Below are positions 24,453-24,612 of a DNA stretch of 24,612 nucleotides, piece after piece. How positions within the stretch are numbered: the first letter of the stretch is position 1; the number at the start of each line of letters is the position of its first letter. The translations under genes were made by a program, and so were the position numbers. The stretch is from assembly GCA_031367565.1 (NCBI GenBank), contig JANLQB010000424.1:1-24612 (forward strand), read 5' to 3'. A model generated the notes under the pieces. That model saw only the letters and a program-made list of their open reading frames with translations. It was not told the origin of the DNA and searched no databases. The stretch comes from Verrucomicrobiota bacterium (GTDB taxonomy: Bacteria; Verrucomicrobiota; Verrucomicrobiia; Chthoniobacterales; Chthoniobacteraceae).

Positions 24453-24612
24453 TTAGAACGGAATGTCGTCGCCTTCCGCATCCAAATCAGGATCGGCGGG
24501 AGGGCGAGGAGGAGGAGTTGCGGGTTTTTTGAGGCTGCCAGACGAACGGGCTTCCGAGCGTCCTCCTTCATTTGATTCGCCACCCGATCCACCACCGGGC
24601 CCGCCTTCGCGG
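24453..24612 (-). CDS. ssb: C-terminal tail of single-stranded DNA-binding protein (gene enters from the right edge; not in ORF track)
   Basis: Manual translation gives REGGPGGGSGGESNEGGRSEARSSGSLKKPATPPPRPPADPDLDAEGDDIPF*: a Gly/Pro-rich linker ending in the canonical acidic DDIPF tip. Confidence 0.9.
   Translation of the reverse strand, partial: REGGPGGGSGGESNEGGRSEARSSGSLKKPATPPPRPPADPDLDAEGDDIPF

Noticed and set aside
24128-24595. 155-aa minus-strand tracked ORF
   Set aside because: It is in the wrong frame and runs through a strong terminator. The real coding frame ends in DDIPF at 24453 (ssb).

Overview
A gene-dense, mostly GC-rich bacterial chromosome segment. The PEP-CTERM protein, the (L/I)EPLESR-type surface protein, the CotH/lamin-tail protein and the extended L34 suggest a PVC-superphylum organism, probably Verrucomicrobia (inference). 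Housekeeping genes are dgt, ppk1, the rpmH-rnpA-yidD-yidC-jag operon (not flanked by dnaA or mnmE), tRNA-Leu(GAG), fba, ispE and the 3' end of ssb. Accessory genes are a HExxH gluzincin, an orphan PAS-PAS histidine kinase, a secreted protein with a methyltransferase-like motif pattern, a PEP-CTERM protein, a YkuD-like L,D-transpeptidase, a ~1050-aa protein of about 26 Gly-rich 26-residue repeats, and a convergent, lower-GC 1487-aa secreted CotH-family kinase. The ORF track misses rpmH, the ssb tail and three small ORFs (29, 52 and 55 aa) between ppk1 and jag. I saw no integrase, transposase, CRISPR array or rRNA. The best candidates for new biology are the repeat protein and its CotH neighbour, the microprotein cluster behind ppk1, and the secreted methyltransferase-like protein. 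None can be shown to be a new system from sequence alone.
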